Below are positions 61,084-64,000 of a stretch of DNA of 64,000 nucleotides, piece after piece. Each line of letters opens with the position of its first letter. The stretch's first letter is position 1. The position numbers were made by a program, and so were the translations under genes. This stretch comes from Octopus vulgaris (Eukaryota): NCBI GenBank assembly GCA_951406725.2, contig OX597815.1, forward strand, positions 66,464,001 to 66,528,000, in the 5' to 3' direction. The notes below the pieces were generated by a model. The model was not told where the DNA came from and searched no databases. It saw only the letters and a program-made list of their open reading frames with translations.

Positions 61084-61614
61084 GGTCACTTTCGAGTGCT
61101 ACTGGTAACCCAGTACAACCTGCTGCATGGTCGGGTCGTCGGAGACTAAACCGGCAACCCCACCAACTTGCTTGGTGAAGAGGGTGTTTATTGGACACCC
61201 TGCGGGATGAAAAACAAAACCCGTCAAAGGGCGGAGGAACTCTTGAGAGTCAACGGCCATCCACTAAAGTTCTTAAGGCTGTATCATGCGCGGGGACAGA
61301 GAAATAATCGGACTGAATACCCGATGGCGCGGTTAAACCATTGGGAGTGAAGGACTCCTAGCCTTTGTTAGGGCATCCTTATAGGAGAAGGTAACTCAGG
61401 TAACTGGGATAACTCCGACATAAAACCTGCGGCTCAGTGGTTACCGATGATGTTGACTTGTTCTTCTTTTCGGATTATGGCTGATGTTGCTTAGTGAGTG
61501 GGATTGACTCAGTGCACAGCCTTTTCTCACTTTAAAGTGCACAGGCATTGCACGATAACAACATTGATTAAGCTTCGTACAATGGCCATACTCAATAACG
61601 AGGGAGCAGCCACC

Positions 61615-61616
<2 letters not shown>
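61084..61616 (+). mobile_element. RTE 5'-UTR-like non-autonomous retroelement inserted in a (TATG)n tract
   Basis: GC- and CpG-rich 530-bp block between (TATG)n arrays with agggcatcc...ggagaagg motifs resembling RTE 5' UTRs. Confidence 0.5.
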
Positions 61617-61647
<31 letters not shown>

Positions 61648-61845
61648 TGTATGTATGTATGTATGTATGTATGTACGTACGTACGTACGTACGTACGTAC
61701 GTACGTATGTATGTATGTATGTATGTATGTGAAGAAACTGATAGCTTCTTCAATTATACAGATTGAATAAGCCATAGGCAAAACGCGCGCGCACACACAC
61801 ATACTGCATGCATACATGCGTACGTAGTACGTACATACATACATA

Positions 61846-62750
61846 CAGCTCTACCTCAACAAAGCTGTCCTTAAGGAAGTCAAGCAACATAACCTATTTC
61901 TTTACAACCCACAAGGGGTTAAAAACAGAGAGGACAAACAAAGACAGACAAAGAGACTAAGTCGATTACATCGACCCCAGGGTGTAACTGGTACTTATTT
62001 AATCGAGCCCGAAAGGATGAAAGGCAAAGTCGACCTCGGCGGAATTTAAACTCAGAACGTAACGGCAGACGAAATACGGCTACGCATTTCGCCCGGTGTG
62101 CTAACGTTTCTGCGAGCTCGCCGCCTTACGTTAAGGAAGTCAAGCAACATAACCGTAATCTCTTAACAATATGGCTAGACTACAAGAAGGCGTTCGACTC
62201 AGTACCTCACTTATGGATGATAGAATTAGTACACCTTGCCAAAGTACCAGCTGCTATAGTGAATGCCATTGAAAGACTGGCCACATGGTCCACCCAGGTA
62301 TCACTGATAACTACTAAAGCAACAGAATTAAGCTATCAGCAGGCATATTCCAGGGTGATAGTTTATCTATGATGTTGTTTGTACTGGCAGTGAACCCCGT
62401 ATCAGCCCTGTTAACGAAATGCCAAGGTTACATACTGAGATAGGCAAAAAAGAATAAAAGTAATATTATTCCGACATTTTTTTGTTGATGACCTAAATCA
62501 TAATCTTGTAATACGAAGGACATCTTTTTGACAATTAAAACTAATCACAGCATTCTCACAAGACATAAGAATGTAGTTTGGACAAGATAAATGCTCATAC
62601 ATGATAATCAACTGAGGAGAAATTCTCGTTCAGAGAGCATGTACACCACTGGCTTGTCTATCTCCCCTAACAGTAATGATGAAAGCTACAAGTATCTTGA
62701 AATCGACGAGAATGTTGGATACGTTGGTGTTGTGACTAAAGTCAGATTAG
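61846..62750 (+). mobile_element. Decayed non-LTR RT (R4/Dong-like), split by a SINE
   Basis: WLDYKKAFDSVPH, GIFQGDSLS, FFVDDL, FSQDIRM.FG.DKC and YKYL. Confidence 0.8.
61895..62130 (-). mobile_element. Young Nin-domain SINE with 24-bp TSD
   Basis: ttaaggaagtcaagcaacataacc is duplicated at 61871-61894 and 62131-62154. Confidence 0.92.
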
Positions 62751-62860
<110 letters not shown>

Positions 62861-63690
62861 TTGAGGGAATATTATTCCAAACTTACAGGGGAAAAATTCA
62901 ATTTAGAAATACTAAATCAAATTTCACAAAATATAATATATATTTATAAATTAGAAAAAAACCCCACCTTTTATCAATTAAAAATGAAAAATTAAATTGC
63001 ACCATCTAGAAAATTACATATAATAGAAATATTAAATATAAGATAAAAAAAATACCGATGATTAAGTAATGTGCAAAATAATAAATAAAACGTATATATT
63101 TAGTAGAATAACGACACGTGTTTCGTGGCTATATTTAAGAAATGATTATAGTAAAAATATTAGTAGTAGTAGTAGTAAAATCACTTCAATATAAATATAG
63201 CCACTCATCAGGTTAAAAATAACTACAATAATAAAATAATTTATTAATAAATATACGTAAATAATCTTTTAAAATATAAATATATTCTTTAAAATAGATA
63301 TCTATATTTATATAGGGTACACTTCGAATAAAATTAAATCTAGAATATCTCAACATATGTATTCTAAAAGAATACATATGTTGAGATATTCTTGATTAAT
63401 AAAACTCTTATAAATTCAACAGGTCTCAGTAAATATATTTGGGACATTAAATCTAGATCCATTAAATACAAATTAAATTGGGGGATTATTTGTAGGGGTA
63501 AATCATATTCTATAGGGAGTAATTATTGTTCACTATGTAATAACGAATTTAAAGAAATATTATTTAATAGCTATTATGCGTTAGTAAATGCATTGGAGGA
63601 ACGAAACAATAAATGTAAATATAAATTAAAATAAATAATTTTATTAATTTTAAAGATATATTTGTTATAACAATATAAATTAATTTGAAC
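62861..63690. mobile_element. Second Naiad-like Penelope fragment: hammerhead 3' region (minus) joined to an inverted GIY-YIG segment (plus)
   Basis: Plus 63294-63634: YIGYTSNKIKSRISQHM...STGLSKYIWDIK...CSLCNNE...VN..EE...CK. Hammerhead on the minus strand. The left end abuts (TA)n(AAT)n. Confidence 0.85.
63103..63226 (-). ncRNA. Type I hammerhead ribozyme
   Basis: taac CTGATGA gtggctatattta...taaatatagccac GAAA cacgtg TC gtta, with a 13-bp perfect helix II and palindromic helix III (ACACGTGT). Confidence 0.9.
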
Positions 63691-63691
63691 A

Positions 63692-64000
63692 TCTCTCTCT
63701 ATATAAACGGCAGTTTGTCTGTCTGTGTGTCTGTGTGTCTGTCAGGTTGTACCCTCACCCTGACCACGGCTTTCAACCGATTCTGATGAAACTTGACACA
63801 CACATAGCCCAATGTCATAATTCAAAACTAACGCAGCAAAAATTTTGAAAAGTTCCCCCTTTCTGAAAAAAATCTATAAATTCGACATGGGGTCGAGAAT
63901 CTAAGCTTTTTATATGCAACACATTTTCTGTTGTAGTTTTCGCAACTTGCAATCGATTTTCACCAAACTCATGGTGAAGCTTAATGTTACCCTAAGAAAC
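63692..64000 (+). mobile_element. Helitron-like element 5' end (runs off the window)
   Basis: A|TC start, CTATATAAA, (GTCT/GTGT)n and accgattctgatgaaactt, typical of non-autonomous Helitrons. Confidence 0.65.

Noticed and set aside
63783-63792. CTGATGAAAC resembling a hammerhead core
   Set aside because: No helix II between CTGATGA and GAAA and no helix I. It is part of a common Helitron subterminal motif.

Overview
This is AT-rich, microsatellite-dense eukaryotic DNA. The repeat families (tRNA-derived SINEs with Nin- and CORE-like domains, RTE LINEs with (GAT)n tails, DD37D mariners) look like those of an octopod cephalopod, probably Octopus (inferred, not verified). One clear host protein-coding gene is present: an intronless minus-strand CDS (36423-31399, 1674 aa from the first in-frame ATG) built of about six tandem NHL/SGL-like beta-propeller units, with a probable non-coding first exon near 52.9 kb. 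The rest is mostly nested mobile DNA: a Ty3/Gypsy provirus with a 4-bp TSD and complementary LTR deletions, a solo LTR, several RTE, R4-like, RLE-type and CR1-like LINE remnants, two inverted Naiad-like Penelope elements, pogo, mariner, hAT and piggyBac-type DNA transposons or MITEs, and Helitrons. Structure that a standard annotation would miss includes: (1) at least five loci with hammerhead-ribozyme cores, including small non-coding palindromes with one outward-facing hammerhead per arm; (2) a candidate HDV-like ribozyme; (3) a recurring TTAYKTCCCTT motif at four CpG-retaining, promoter-like sites; (4) an apparent CpG-decay boundary near 52-53 kb. All calls were made by eye, with no database searches or folding programs.
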